Assembly (NCBI GenBank): GCA_964344755.1
Contig: CAYFOH010000003.1
Span: forward strand, 1 to 53,000
DNA: 53,000 bases
Reading direction: 5' to 3'
Source of the DNA: an uncultured Methanosarcinales archaeon
GTDB lineage: Archaea > Nanobdellota > Nanobdellia > Woesearchaeales > GW2011-AR9
The first letter of the stretch is position 1. Every line of letters begins with the position of its first letter. The position numbers and the translations under genes were made by a program. Positions 32,769-40,858 of this stretch are shown here, one piece after another. The notes under the pieces were generated by a model. That model did no database searches and was not told where the DNA came from. It was given only the letters and a program-made list of their open reading frames with translations.

Positions 32769-33881
32769 ATGAAAAAAATCCCGGTAGGTGTCCCTGATAT
32801 TTCTCAGGAAGAGTTAGAAAAAGTTACACAAGTTGTTAAGTCTGGTTGGATAGCTCTTGGTAAAGAAAAAGAGTTATTTGAACAAAAATTAGCAGCTTAT
32901 TTAGATGTTAAACATGTGATTACTGTTAATTCTGGTACTGCAGCTATTGAAGTAGCTTTACGTTCTTTGGGTATTGAAAACAGAGAGATTATTACTACAA
33001 CTACCTCTTGCTCACCAACAGCTAATGCCATTATTCACTCGGGAAACAAACCAGTTATGGTTGACGTGTCTTTAGAAGACTACAATATTGATCCTACCAA
33101 AATTGAAGAAAAAATTAATGAGAATACTGGAGCAATTTTACCAGTTCATATTTATGGAAGAATGGCTGATATGGAAAAAATAATGGTCCTTGCCAATAGA
33201 TACAATCTCCCCGTTATTGAAGATTGTGCCCAAGCCATGGGAGCAACACTTAATGGGAAGATGAGCGGGACCTTTGGTGAGATAGGTTGTTTCTCTTTAA
33301 ATATTAATAAAATTATTACTACAGGGGAAGGGGGTTTTATTTGTACAAATGACCAAGAAGTAGCAGACATGGCTAAAAAGATTCGTAACTATGGAAGAGA
33401 CCCTTCTGGGACTGACTATTGTTATACAGATATGGGTCACAACTTTAAATTCACAAACTTACAGGCTGCTATTGGTCTGGCACAACTGGGCAAGATTGAT
33501 GACTTAATTAAAGCTAGAAGAAGTAACGTTAATTACCTTAAAGAACTTCTTAAAGACGTTCCCGAGATCATTTTACCATCAGAAAAAGAGCATGAGTTTG
33601 CTACTTATTTTAGTTTCACTATTTTGTTGAAAAAAGCAGGATTAAGGAACAAATTAAAAGAATTTTTGGAAAGTAAAAATATCGAAGTAAGAACCATGTT
33701 TAGACCAATGTGTGACCAACCTTATTATGTTAAAATGTTTGGTAAAAGAATTGAAGAATTTCCTAACGCTGAAAAAATCGGAAATGATGGCCTTTATGTT
33801 GGTTGTTATCCTAGCTTAACTAAAGAACAATTGAACTATTTGGCGCGTTGTATCAAGGAGGGGTTACATGGAAATCTTTGA
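32769..33881 (+). CDS. DegT/DnrJ/EryC1/StrS-family sugar aminotransferase
   Basis: NSGTAAIEVAL, IEDCAQAMGA and CFSLNINKIITTGEGG (Schiff-base Lys context). Confidence 0.85.
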   Translation: MKKIPVGVPDISQEELEKVTQVVKSGWIALGKEKELFEQKLAAYLDVKHVITVNSGTAAIEVALRSLGIENREIITTTTSCSPTANAIIHSGNKPVMVDVSLEDYNIDPTKIEEKINENTGAILPVHIYGRMADMEKIMVLANRYNLPVIEDCAQAMGATLNGKMSGTFGEIGCFSLNINKIITTGEGGFICTNDQEVADMAKKIRNYGRDPSGTDYCYTDMGHNFKFTNLQAAIGLAQLGKIDDLIKARRSNVNYLKELLKDVPEIILPSEKEHEFATYFSFTILLKKAGLRNKLKEFLESKNIEVRTMFRPMCDQPYYVKMFGKRIEEFPNAEKIGNDGLYVGCYPSLTKEQLNYLARCIKEGLHGNL

Positions 33882-34608
33882 CTTAAGTGTTGTTACCGCC
33901 ACTTATAATGAAAAAGAAAATATCTCTTTGTTAATCAGAGAATTGAATAAAATTTTTGACGAGAACCATATTAAAGGTGAAGTCGTAGTAGTAGATGACA
34001 GTTCTCCAGACGGAACTTCAGAAGTTGTTAAAACCATGCAAATTGAGTTTCCAAACACTGTCTTAGTTAGTCGGCCACCAAAATTAGGAATAGGCAGTGC
34101 TTATCGTGACGGAGCCAAAAAAGCACGAGGAGAAGTAATTACTTTAATGGATGCTGACTTTAGCCAACCACCAAGTGTGTTACCACGCATGTATGCAGCT
34201 ACTAAAGAAGGAAAGGTAGGCTGGGGTTCTAGATATATATCCAAAGTAAAGTTTGAATCCGACATCCCTCATCTAATAGGAACTGCATTCCTTAATTCCT
34301 GGATTTCTTTTTGGTTGAAAACAAAAATGAAAGACCACACCTTAGGATATTTTGCTATCAGAAAAGAACATCTTAATAAGATATTAGAGTATGCTCATAG
34401 CAAAAAGATTAAACCTTTTGATAATGTTCTTTATGGTATCCCCATAGCAGCCATATCTTTAAAACTAGGTATTCCTATCCAAGAAATTGAAGCTCCCTAT
34501 GAAGAAAGAAAACATGGCGAATCAAAAATCAAATTCTGGGATGGTTTAAAGGTTGTTGGTAAAGATATGTTCTACACTTTGAATCTGTATTCAAAAGTTA
34601 AAAAATGA
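33868..34608 (+). CDS. GT2 polyprenyl-phosphate glycosyltransferase (Dpm1/ArnC-like)
   Basis: SVVTATYNEKENI, VVVVDDSSPDGT, KLGIGSAYRDG and LMDADFSQPP. GGAGGGG Shine-Dalgarno-like site at ~33857-33863. Confidence 0.8.
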   Translation: MEIFDLSVVTATYNEKENISLLIRELNKIFDENHIKGEVVVVDDSSPDGTSEVVKTMQIEFPNTVLVSRPPKLGIGSAYRDGAKKARGEVITLMDADFSQPPSVLPRMYAATKEGKVGWGSRYISKVKFESDIPHLIGTAFLNSWISFWLKTKMKDHTLGYFAIRKEHLNKILEYAHSKKIKPFDNVLYGIPIAAISLKLGIPIQEIEAPYEERKHGESKIKFWDGLKVVGKDMFYTLNLYSKVKK

Positions 34609-35315
34609 AAGCAGAAGAATTTTATAACAAGCAATGGTCTTCTGAAAAATTAGTTAAAGAAGACTTAGAAATTCAAGAGATGAGAAAAGAAGCAATTGCC
34701 TATTCTTATAAATTATTAGGAGATATTAGGGGCAAAAAATGTCTAGAAATAGGTTGTGGGGCTGGTTTTCAAACAGAAGAACTTTTTGAGAAAGGGGCTA
34801 ACATTACAGCTATTGACTTTTCTCTAAAAAGTGTAGAACATACTAGAAAACAGCTAGGAGAAAGAGCTGAAGTCAAACAAATGAATGCAGAAAATTTAGA
34901 TTTTTCTGAGGAAAGCTTTGATTTAATCTACATTAATTCTGTTCTCATGCATGTGAATAAAGAAAAAGTGCTTATAGAATGCCAGAGGGTTTTGAAAAAA
35001 GGAGGAAAATTAGTGGTTGTTGAACCTTTAAAATATAGTTTGTTTCTAATGCCTTACCGTTTGCTCTTTTCTGAATACAAAAAAATGAAGCCATCTTATA
35101 TGACCTTAAGTCTCTTTAAGAAGTACCAAAAATTGTTCTCTGGATTTAAATATAAACCGTTTTATCTTGTTTCAACTTTAAAATTACCCTTATTTAGCCT
35201 TAGAAAAAAGGGATTAGTAAAGTGTTTCAACAAAGTTCTGAAAAAAACTGATAATCTCCTGGTGCCTCTATTAGAAGATCTTTCTTGGATTGCGGTGGTC
35301 CAATATGTTAAGTAG
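34605..35315 (+). CDS. Class I SAM-dependent methyltransferase
   Basis: Motif I CLEIGCGAGFQ, AIDFS and DLIYINSVLMH. ATGA overlap with the upstream GT2. Confidence 0.75.
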   Translation: MKAEEFYNKQWSSEKLVKEDLEIQEMRKEAIAYSYKLLGDIRGKKCLEIGCGAGFQTEELFEKGANITAIDFSLKSVEHTRKQLGERAEVKQMNAENLDFSEESFDLIYINSVLMHVNKEKVLIECQRVLKKGGKLVVVEPLKYSLFLMPYRLLFSEYKKMKPSYMTLSLFKKYQKLFSGFKYKPFYLVSTLKLPLFSLRKKGLVKCFNKVLKKTDNLLVPLLEDLSWIAVVQYVK

Positions 35316-35374
35316 TAGCGAAATCTTTAAAACAGTTTAATGCTAGGAGATCTACTGAAAATAGAGGTAATCAT

Positions 35375-36565
35375 ATGAAGATTAAGCTGATGGAAGATAG
35401 TATTACAGAAGAGGAAATATCTGCGATTAACTCTTGTTTGCGTTCTGGTTACTATACTCAAGGATCAATTGTTGAAGAATTTGAAAGAAAAGTTGCTTCT
35501 TGGAATGGTTCTAAGTATGGAATTATGGTCAACAGTGGAAGCAGTGCTAATTTGTTGATGGTTGACCTTCTTAAAAAGAAGCATAATTTACAAAATGGAG
35601 ATGAAGTTTTGGTTCCCAGTGTTACTTGGACAACAACTGTTTTTCCAATAATACAAAATGGTTTAGTACCTGTATTTTGTGATGTAGACCAGGATTTTGC
35701 TATTTCACTTGAATCAATGAAAAGAATGACTAGTGAAAAAACAAAAGCAGTCTTTGTTGTACATCTTTTAGGTCAAAGTGCTAATATGACCGAGATAAAA
35801 AAGTTTTGTGACGAAAATGGCCTGCTAATTATTGAGGATTGTTGTGAAAGTATGGGAGCTACACATAAAGATATAAAAGTAGGAAATTTTGGTCTAATGG
35901 GAAGTTTTAGCTTTTATTTTGGACATCATATGACAACCGTTGAAGGCGGCATGATTGTAACTGATGACTTTGAAATTTACGATTGGTTAAAATCCACTAG
36001 GTCACACGGTTGGATTAAGGGAACTTCTCGTATGCAAGAATATGAAGACCATCCTCAGAAGAATTTTCTTTTTGACATGGCAGGCTATAATTTAAGGAGC
36101 ACAAATATAAACGCATCCATTGGTTTAATGCAACTTAGTAAAATCGATAAATGGATTGAGATCAGAAAAAGAAACCACTGTTATTTCTTGGGTAAAGCAT
36201 TATCCATGGGTTTTAAATCACAGAGAATTAACGCCGAGGAAACAAGTTCTTTTTGTTTGCCTTTAATTTTTGATAACAGGAAAGAAAGAAATTATATTCT
36301 TAAAAATGCTCAGAATAAAGGGATTGAATTAAGACCAATAGTAGCAGGTAACCTAATTCGGCAACCAGTCTTTCAAAAAATGAACATAAAAGCAGATGAT
36401 ACTCCTTTCTCAGACTTAATTAATGAAAATGGGATTTATCTTCCTAATAATCAGTTTATGACCTTTGAGAAAATTGATTATATGTTAAATTCTATTAAAG
36501 ATTTACAAGAAGAGTTTAAAGTTAAAAAAGAAATTGTTGAAAAAGTTGAAATCACCGATAATTGA
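35375..36565 (+). CDS. colD: DegT-fold PLP/PMP-dependent 3-dehydratase (ColD/E1-type; GDP-4-keto-6-deoxymannose 3-dehydratase candidate)
   Basis: DegT fold, but the Schiff-base Lys position is His: SFSFYFGHHMTTVEGG (H184 codon nt 35924-35926), followed by RSHGW. Convergent and abutting with gmd. Confidence 0.7.
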   Translation: MKIKLMEDSITEEEISAINSCLRSGYYTQGSIVEEFERKVASWNGSKYGIMVNSGSSANLLMVDLLKKKHNLQNGDEVLVPSVTWTTTVFPIIQNGLVPVFCDVDQDFAISLESMKRMTSEKTKAVFVVHLLGQSANMTEIKKFCDENGLLIIEDCCESMGATHKDIKVGNFGLMGSFSFYFGHHMTTVEGGMIVTDDFEIYDWLKSTRSHGWIKGTSRMQEYEDHPQKNFLFDMAGYNLRSTNINASIGLMQLSKIDKWIEIRKRNHCYFLGKALSMGFKSQRINAEETSSFCLPLIFDNRKERNYILKNAQNKGIELRPIVAGNLIRQPVFQKMNIKADDTPFSDLINENGIYLPNNQFMTFEKIDYMLNSIKDLQEEFKVKKEIVEKVEITDN

Positions 36566-37618
36566 TTATCTGTCCTTTCCATAATGTAAAGAAAGTGGCT
36601 GATCGTGGTCAGGATGTTGGTGAGCGTCCCAAGAAAACATTTCTCCGTTCTTAACTCTTTGCCACTTTTCTAAGTCTTCCTTGACCATCATTTTAACTAA
36701 ATTTCTAAAAGTTATTTTAGGTTGCCATCCCAAAACATATCTTGCTTTAGTTGGATTTCCAACTAAAATATCTACTTCTGAAGGTCTCATAAATCTGGGA
36801 TCAGAAACTACATAATCTTCATAATTTAACCCAACTTCTGAGAAAGCAGTACTAGCAAATTCCTTCACAGAATGAGTTTCCCCTGTAGCAATAACGTAAT
36901 CGTCTGCTTTTTCTTGTTGCAACATTAACCACATAGCCTCGACATAATCTGGCGCGTAGCCCCAATCCCTTTTTGCATCTAAATTTCCTAAAGCTAACTT
37001 GTCTTGCATACCTAATTTTATTCTAGCTACAGCATTAGTTATTTTTCTTGTAACAAATTCCAAACCCCTTAAAGGAGATTCGTGATTAAACAAAATTCCG
37101 CTACAAGCAAAAATCTTATGAGCTTCTCGATAATTTACTGTTATCCAGTGCCCATATACCTTAGCTGCAGCGTATGGGCTACGTGGATAAAAAGGGGTTT
37201 TCTCTGTTTGGGGGATTTCTTTAACCAAACCATACATCTCACTAGAAGACGCCTGATAAAACTTAGTCTTTGGAGAAAGCATTTGTAGAGTATTAATAAT
37301 TCTAGTTACACCAATTCCAGTTATTTGTGCAGCACCTATTGGTTGATCAAAAGACGCACCAACAAAACTTTGAGCTGCTAAATTATAAAACTCGTCAGGT
37401 TGTGTAGTCTGAATCAAATGGATCATAGAACTTTGGTCCAATAAATCAAAAGAAACTAACTGAACTTTATCCATTATTCCTAAATGTTGTAGTCTCCAAA
37501 AGTTAGGGGTACTTAATCTTCTGTAAGTTCCAAAAACTTTGTAACCTTTTTCTAAAAGAAGTTTTGCTAGGTAGGCTCCGTCTTGTCCAGTAACCCCTGT
37601 TATCACCGCTGTTTTCAT
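36566..37618 (-). CDS. gmd: GDP-mannose 4,6-dehydratase
   Basis: AVITGVTGQDGAYLAKLLLEKGY, QASSSEMYG, SPYAAAKVY, ILFNHESPLRG and NLDAKRDWGYAPDYVEAMW. Confidence 0.92.
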   Translation of the reverse strand: MKTAVITGVTGQDGAYLAKLLLEKGYKVFGTYRRLSTPNFWRLQHLGIMDKVQLVSFDLLDQSSMIHLIQTTQPDEFYNLAAQSFVGASFDQPIGAAQITGIGVTRIINTLQMLSPKTKFYQASSSEMYGLVKEIPQTEKTPFYPRSPYAAAKVYGHWITVNYREAHKIFACSGILFNHESPLRGLEFVTRKITNAVARIKLGMQDKLALGNLDAKRDWGYAPDYVEAMWLMLQQEKADDYVIATGETHSVKEFASTAFSEVGLNYEDYVVSDPRFMRPSEVDILVGNPTKARYVLGWQPKITFRNLVKMMVKEDLEKWQRVKNGEMFSWDAHQHPDHDQPLSLHYGKDR

Positions 37619-37640
37619 GGTTTTTCGTTGGAGTGAGTAG

Positions 37641-37648
37641 TTTAAATA
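37641..37648 (-). promoter_or_regulatory. Putative TATA box (TATTTAAA on minus strand) ~23-30 nt upstream of gmd start 37618
   Basis: Divergent 106-nt spacer 37619-37724. Confidence 0.4.
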
Positions 37649-37695
37649 GTTTCTGGAAGAATGTTAAGCAACAAGGTCTTGATGAATCATAAAAC

Positions 37696-37703
37696 TTTTA
37701 AAT
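37696..37703 (+). promoter_or_regulatory. Putative TATA box (TTTTAAAT) 22 nt upstream of ATG 37725
   Basis: Same divergent spacer. Confidence 0.4.
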
Positions 37704-37724
37704 TGATTCTATTGGGAAGCTAAT

Positions 37725-38621
37725 ATGGTTAAAGCTGCACTTTTTGATGTTGACGGAACTTTTACTGAAACAGACAAATTAACTAGTTATCCTGTTGAGT
37801 TGCCAGGACTAATTAAACTGGTTAGAAATCAAGGAACAGCCTTTGTTCTTTCTTCAGGTAGGGATCGATATGCACAAGGTGAACTTTGGTTAAGCTTAGT
37901 TGGTAATGATCTTAAGCCGAATGAAGGAATACTGTCAGAGTATGTGTTTACACAAGTCTTTGATCATGAAAGAGAAAGACCTTCGTTAGAAGAGCTAGGT
38001 ATAAATTTGGATGATCTTAACAACAGGTTAAATCAAGCAGAAGATGTTTTAAATGAAAAAACGTACTTTAAAATTTTTGGCAACGAAGAATCTCAGGTTG
38101 GAGGTCTTCTGAATAAACAAAGAGAGACTCTAAAACATTACATCCTCGAAAAAGATGGTTGGACAAAAGGCATGGTTTTCCCTTACCTTAAAAGAGCGAG
38201 ATCTTTATTAGGGATGGTTACAGAAGGTTTTGTTGATGGGTCAGGAACTAATGAAGACCTTTTGGCTGAAAAGTTTTCTGAGATCAAACCCAAAGTTAAT
38301 AATGATTTTCCTTATGTTCAAGTAACTAGGTCCAAAGATGCTATTGACTTTATGGGAAAGGATGTCAGTAAGGCTAGAACTGTTTTATCGTATTCCCAAA
38401 TAACAGGGATTTCCTTGTCTGAAATTGTTTATTTTGGAGACTCTAGTGGGGATATGCCAGCTATCGAACTTGTTTTGGATAGTGGTGGCACAGGGGTTTA
38501 TGTCGGGAAAAATAATGGTCATATTACTAAGGTTAACGGTTATGCTAATGGAATAGTTACTAAACAGAAAGGACCTCGAGGTACTTTAGAAGCCATAAAG
38601 CAGATATTTGGAGGAAATTAA
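37725..38621 (+). CDS. HAD-superfamily IIB hydrolase (Cof/SPP/PMM-like sugar-phosphate phosphatase or mutase)
   Basis: Motif I FDVDGTFT, motif II LSSGRDR and motif IV YFGDSSGDMPA. Paralog of 39536-40318. Confidence 0.7.
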   Translation: MVKAALFDVDGTFTETDKLTSYPVELPGLIKLVRNQGTAFVLSSGRDRYAQGELWLSLVGNDLKPNEGILSEYVFTQVFDHERERPSLEELGINLDDLNNRLNQAEDVLNEKTYFKIFGNEESQVGGLLNKQRETLKHYILEKDGWTKGMVFPYLKRARSLLGMVTEGFVDGSGTNEDLLAEKFSEIKPKVNNDFPYVQVTRSKDAIDFMGKDVSKARTVLSYSQITGISLSEIVYFGDSSGDMPAIELVLDSGGTGVYVGKNNGHITKVNGYANGIVTKQKGPRGTLEAIKQIFGGN

Positions 38622-39477
38622 AATGGTTGAATACGAACTCAGAAGGGGGGATGTTGAAGGTAAAAAAATTATTTTTAGCAGAGGTTTGGGTCAAGGGCAT
38701 ATAAGTAATCCCGCGGTAGAAAGGGATTATGGTGCTTCAGAAAGAGAATTAGAAAGATTGGTTGAAAGAGGTGAAATTGATAAGGGCGTTAGGTCCCCCT
38801 ATGACGATAGAAAATTAAGGTGGAATACTCCAATTGTGAACGAAAATAGTGTTGAAATACCTTTGGGACTGACTTATTTTCAAGCCTGGAAAAAAGATCT
38901 GGATTTATCTCAAAAAGAAGGTAACCCTTTAGAAGATGTAAAAAATAGAGGGTACATCAGTTATGGGGATCCTATGGCTTTTCTATCCAGAGCTACAGGG
39001 GTGACAGCCATTTTAATGACAAGAGAAGGTTATGCAGTAATTGGTAAAAGAGCCAATTCTGAGTTAGGTGGTTTATGGAACGGACCTGCTGGTTATCTTA
39101 ACTTTAGAGGAAATGGAGCAGAAGATACAGATGCAGTAACTGATGCCATCAATGAAATTGAAGAAGAATTAAACGTGCCAGGAGACAGTTTAGTTACACA
39201 ACTACAACTGTTAGGAGCTGCCCATAACGGCGTTGATTACGGTCCCGATTTAATTTATTTGGCCAGAACACAATTAACATCGCATGAAGTTGAGAATGCT
39301 TGGAAAAATGCTCAAGATAAAGAAATGGCTAAGTTAGCTTTTGTAAAAAACCAGTATGAAAGGGATATTCTACTTAGGGTGGGCAGCTTAGAAAGTACAG
39401 GTAATGTCGAACTTATGCCTGGAACCCATGCGGTATTAGAACAGCTAACTTCCTTTGATTTCAGAAAGTTGATTTAA
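38608..39477 (+). CDS. Hypothetical protein with degenerate Nudix-like C-terminal region
   Basis: GVTAILMTREGYAVIGKR...GLWNGPAGY...AINEIEEELNV resembles a Nudix box (REUxEExGU) with R->N and G->N substitutions and altered spacing. Alternative start at 38623. Confidence 0.35.
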   Translation: MEEIKMVEYELRRGDVEGKKIIFSRGLGQGHISNPAVERDYGASERELERLVERGEIDKGVRSPYDDRKLRWNTPIVNENSVEIPLGLTYFQAWKKDLDLSQKEGNPLEDVKNRGYISYGDPMAFLSRATGVTAILMTREGYAVIGKRANSELGGLWNGPAGYLNFRGNGAEDTDAVTDAINEIEEELNVPGDSLVTQLQLLGAAHNGVDYGPDLIYLARTQLTSHEVENAWKNAQDKEMAKLAFVKNQYERDILLRVGSLESTGNVELMPGTHAVLEQLTSFDFRKLI

Positions 39478-39495
39478 TTTTTTTTATTTCTTTTA
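39478..39495 (+). terminator. Oligo-T tract (T8 A TTT C TTTT) immediately after stop codon 39475-39477
   Basis: T-rich run directly downstream of the Nudix-like gene. Archaeal RNA polymerase terminates at oligo-T. No stable hairpin is needed. Confidence 0.3.
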
Positions 39496-39535
39496 GTTTC
39501 ACCACTCATTTAAATGATTCGTTTAAAAGAATAAC

Positions 39536-40318
39536 ATGAAAATCGATGCAGCACTATTTGACGTTGACGGAACACTTCTAAAATATTCTACCATAGACAG
39601 TTTCCCAGAAGAACTCCCCAAAGAGATTGACAACATGCGAAGCCAAGGAGTGGCTTTTTCTTTGTCTTCAGGAAGAGACCGACCTTTCTTAAATCGTTTA
39701 AGAGAAAATATGATTGGACGTGACTTTAAAGAAGGTGAAGGGTTAATCTTTGAAGCATGCTATCTACAAATGGCTGGTCAGGGAGAAACTTATAATTTAG
39801 GAGGCCTTACTGGGGAACAACTTAATTCAATCAAAGAATACGTTTCTGGTCGTCCAGAATGGCTAGAAGAGATGGTTTTCCCGTATTGTAAGGATGCCAT
39901 TGGTTTAGTTGATTTTGTTACCAAGCGTTTTGTTGACGATGAAGGTACTGACCAAGAGCTTTTAGAAAGAAGGTATCAAGTAATAAAACCAGCTATTGAG
40001 GCAGAATTTCCTTTTGTTAGAGTTAACAAAACTGCTGACGCCATTGATGTTGAAGGAAAACATGGAAGTAAAGCAAAAGCTGTACGTAAATACTCTGAAG
40101 TCACAGGAATTCCTTTATCTAATATAGCTTACTTTGGTGACTCTTCTAACGATTTCCCTGCTTTTGAAGTTATTGGACCAGCCGGTGGAGTAGTAGTTTA
40201 CGTGGGAGATGACCCATCTAGAGCAGAAAAGGTGAGACTGTACGAAAATGGAATCGTCTCAGAAAGTAAAGGTCCAGATGGAACTCTACAAACTCTTAAA
40301 GAACTTTTTAGATCATAA
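39536..40318 (+). CDS. HAD-superfamily IIB hydrolase (paralog of 37725-38621)
   Basis: FDVDGTLL, LSSGRDR and YFGDSSNDFPA. Colinear similarity with the upstream HAD (FPFVRVNKTADAIDVEGK vs FPYVQVTRSKDAIDFMGK). Confidence 0.7.
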   Translation: MKIDAALFDVDGTLLKYSTIDSFPEELPKEIDNMRSQGVAFSLSSGRDRPFLNRLRENMIGRDFKEGEGLIFEACYLQMAGQGETYNLGGLTGEQLNSIKEYVSGRPEWLEEMVFPYCKDAIGLVDFVTKRFVDDEGTDQELLERRYQVIKPAIEAEFPFVRVNKTADAIDVEGKHGSKAKAVRKYSEVTGIPLSNIAYFGDSSNDFPAFEVIGPAGGVVVYVGDDPSRAEKVRLYENGIVSESKGPDGTLQTLKELFRS

Positions 40319-40324
40319 TTTTAA

Positions 40325-40858
40325 ATGCCTCTAAAAATAAAGAATCTTGAGGAAGAAGATCTTGAAGGATTAGTAGAAGTTATATCTACTACTTTCCCCC
40401 AAGATTTTGATTATGGAGAAGGTTTTTCAGAAGAAGCTTGCTACAAATTCTTTGAAAGAAGTTTACAAGACCCTAACGAAAAAGTTTATACAGCTATTTT
40501 AAATAATAAGACTGTTGGATTTGTTTATTACATAAATAAACCACCTACTAATGGAACAATACTTTTAGAAATGATGGGTGTAAGAAAAAATTACCGAAGA
40601 CAAGGCATTGGAAAAAGACTGTTAAATTTCTCAGATGAAAAAGTTGTAGAAGATTTTAAAAAAAAAGGAATAAATAATATAGCCACCATCCACCTTACTA
40701 CCAGTGAGGATAATTTGGCTGCACAAAGTCTTTATCTTCAGTGTGATTATAAAAAAGAAGGTCGAATTAAAGAACTGGTTGGAAAAGGAAACACTGAAAT
40801 TGTTATGGTAAAGAAGGTTTCTGATACTGCTTATAGAAAAGATCTCTGGATCTCTTGA
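40325..40858 (+). CDS. GNAT-family N-acetyltransferase
   Basis: Motif A MGVRKNYRRQGIGKRLL. 177 aa. The 3' end overlaps the convergent aminotransferase by 28 nt. Confidence 0.75.
   Translation: MPLKIKNLEEEDLEGLVEVISTTFPQDFDYGEGFSEEACYKFFERSLQDPNEKVYTAILNNKTVGFVYYINKPPTNGTILLEMMGVRKNYRRQGIGKRLLNFSDEKVVEDFKKKGINNIATIHLTTSEDNLAAQSLYLQCDYKKEGRIKELVGKGNTEIVMVKKVSDTAYRKDLWIS

Noticed and set aside
35375-36565. E1-type (CDP-6-deoxy-4-hexulose 3-dehydrase, iron-sulfur) assignment for the His-containing DegT protein
   Set aside because: No clustered Cys motif for a 2Fe-2S centre was seen, and the gene abuts gmd rather than a CDP-glucose pathway gene. A ColD-type assignment is favoured.
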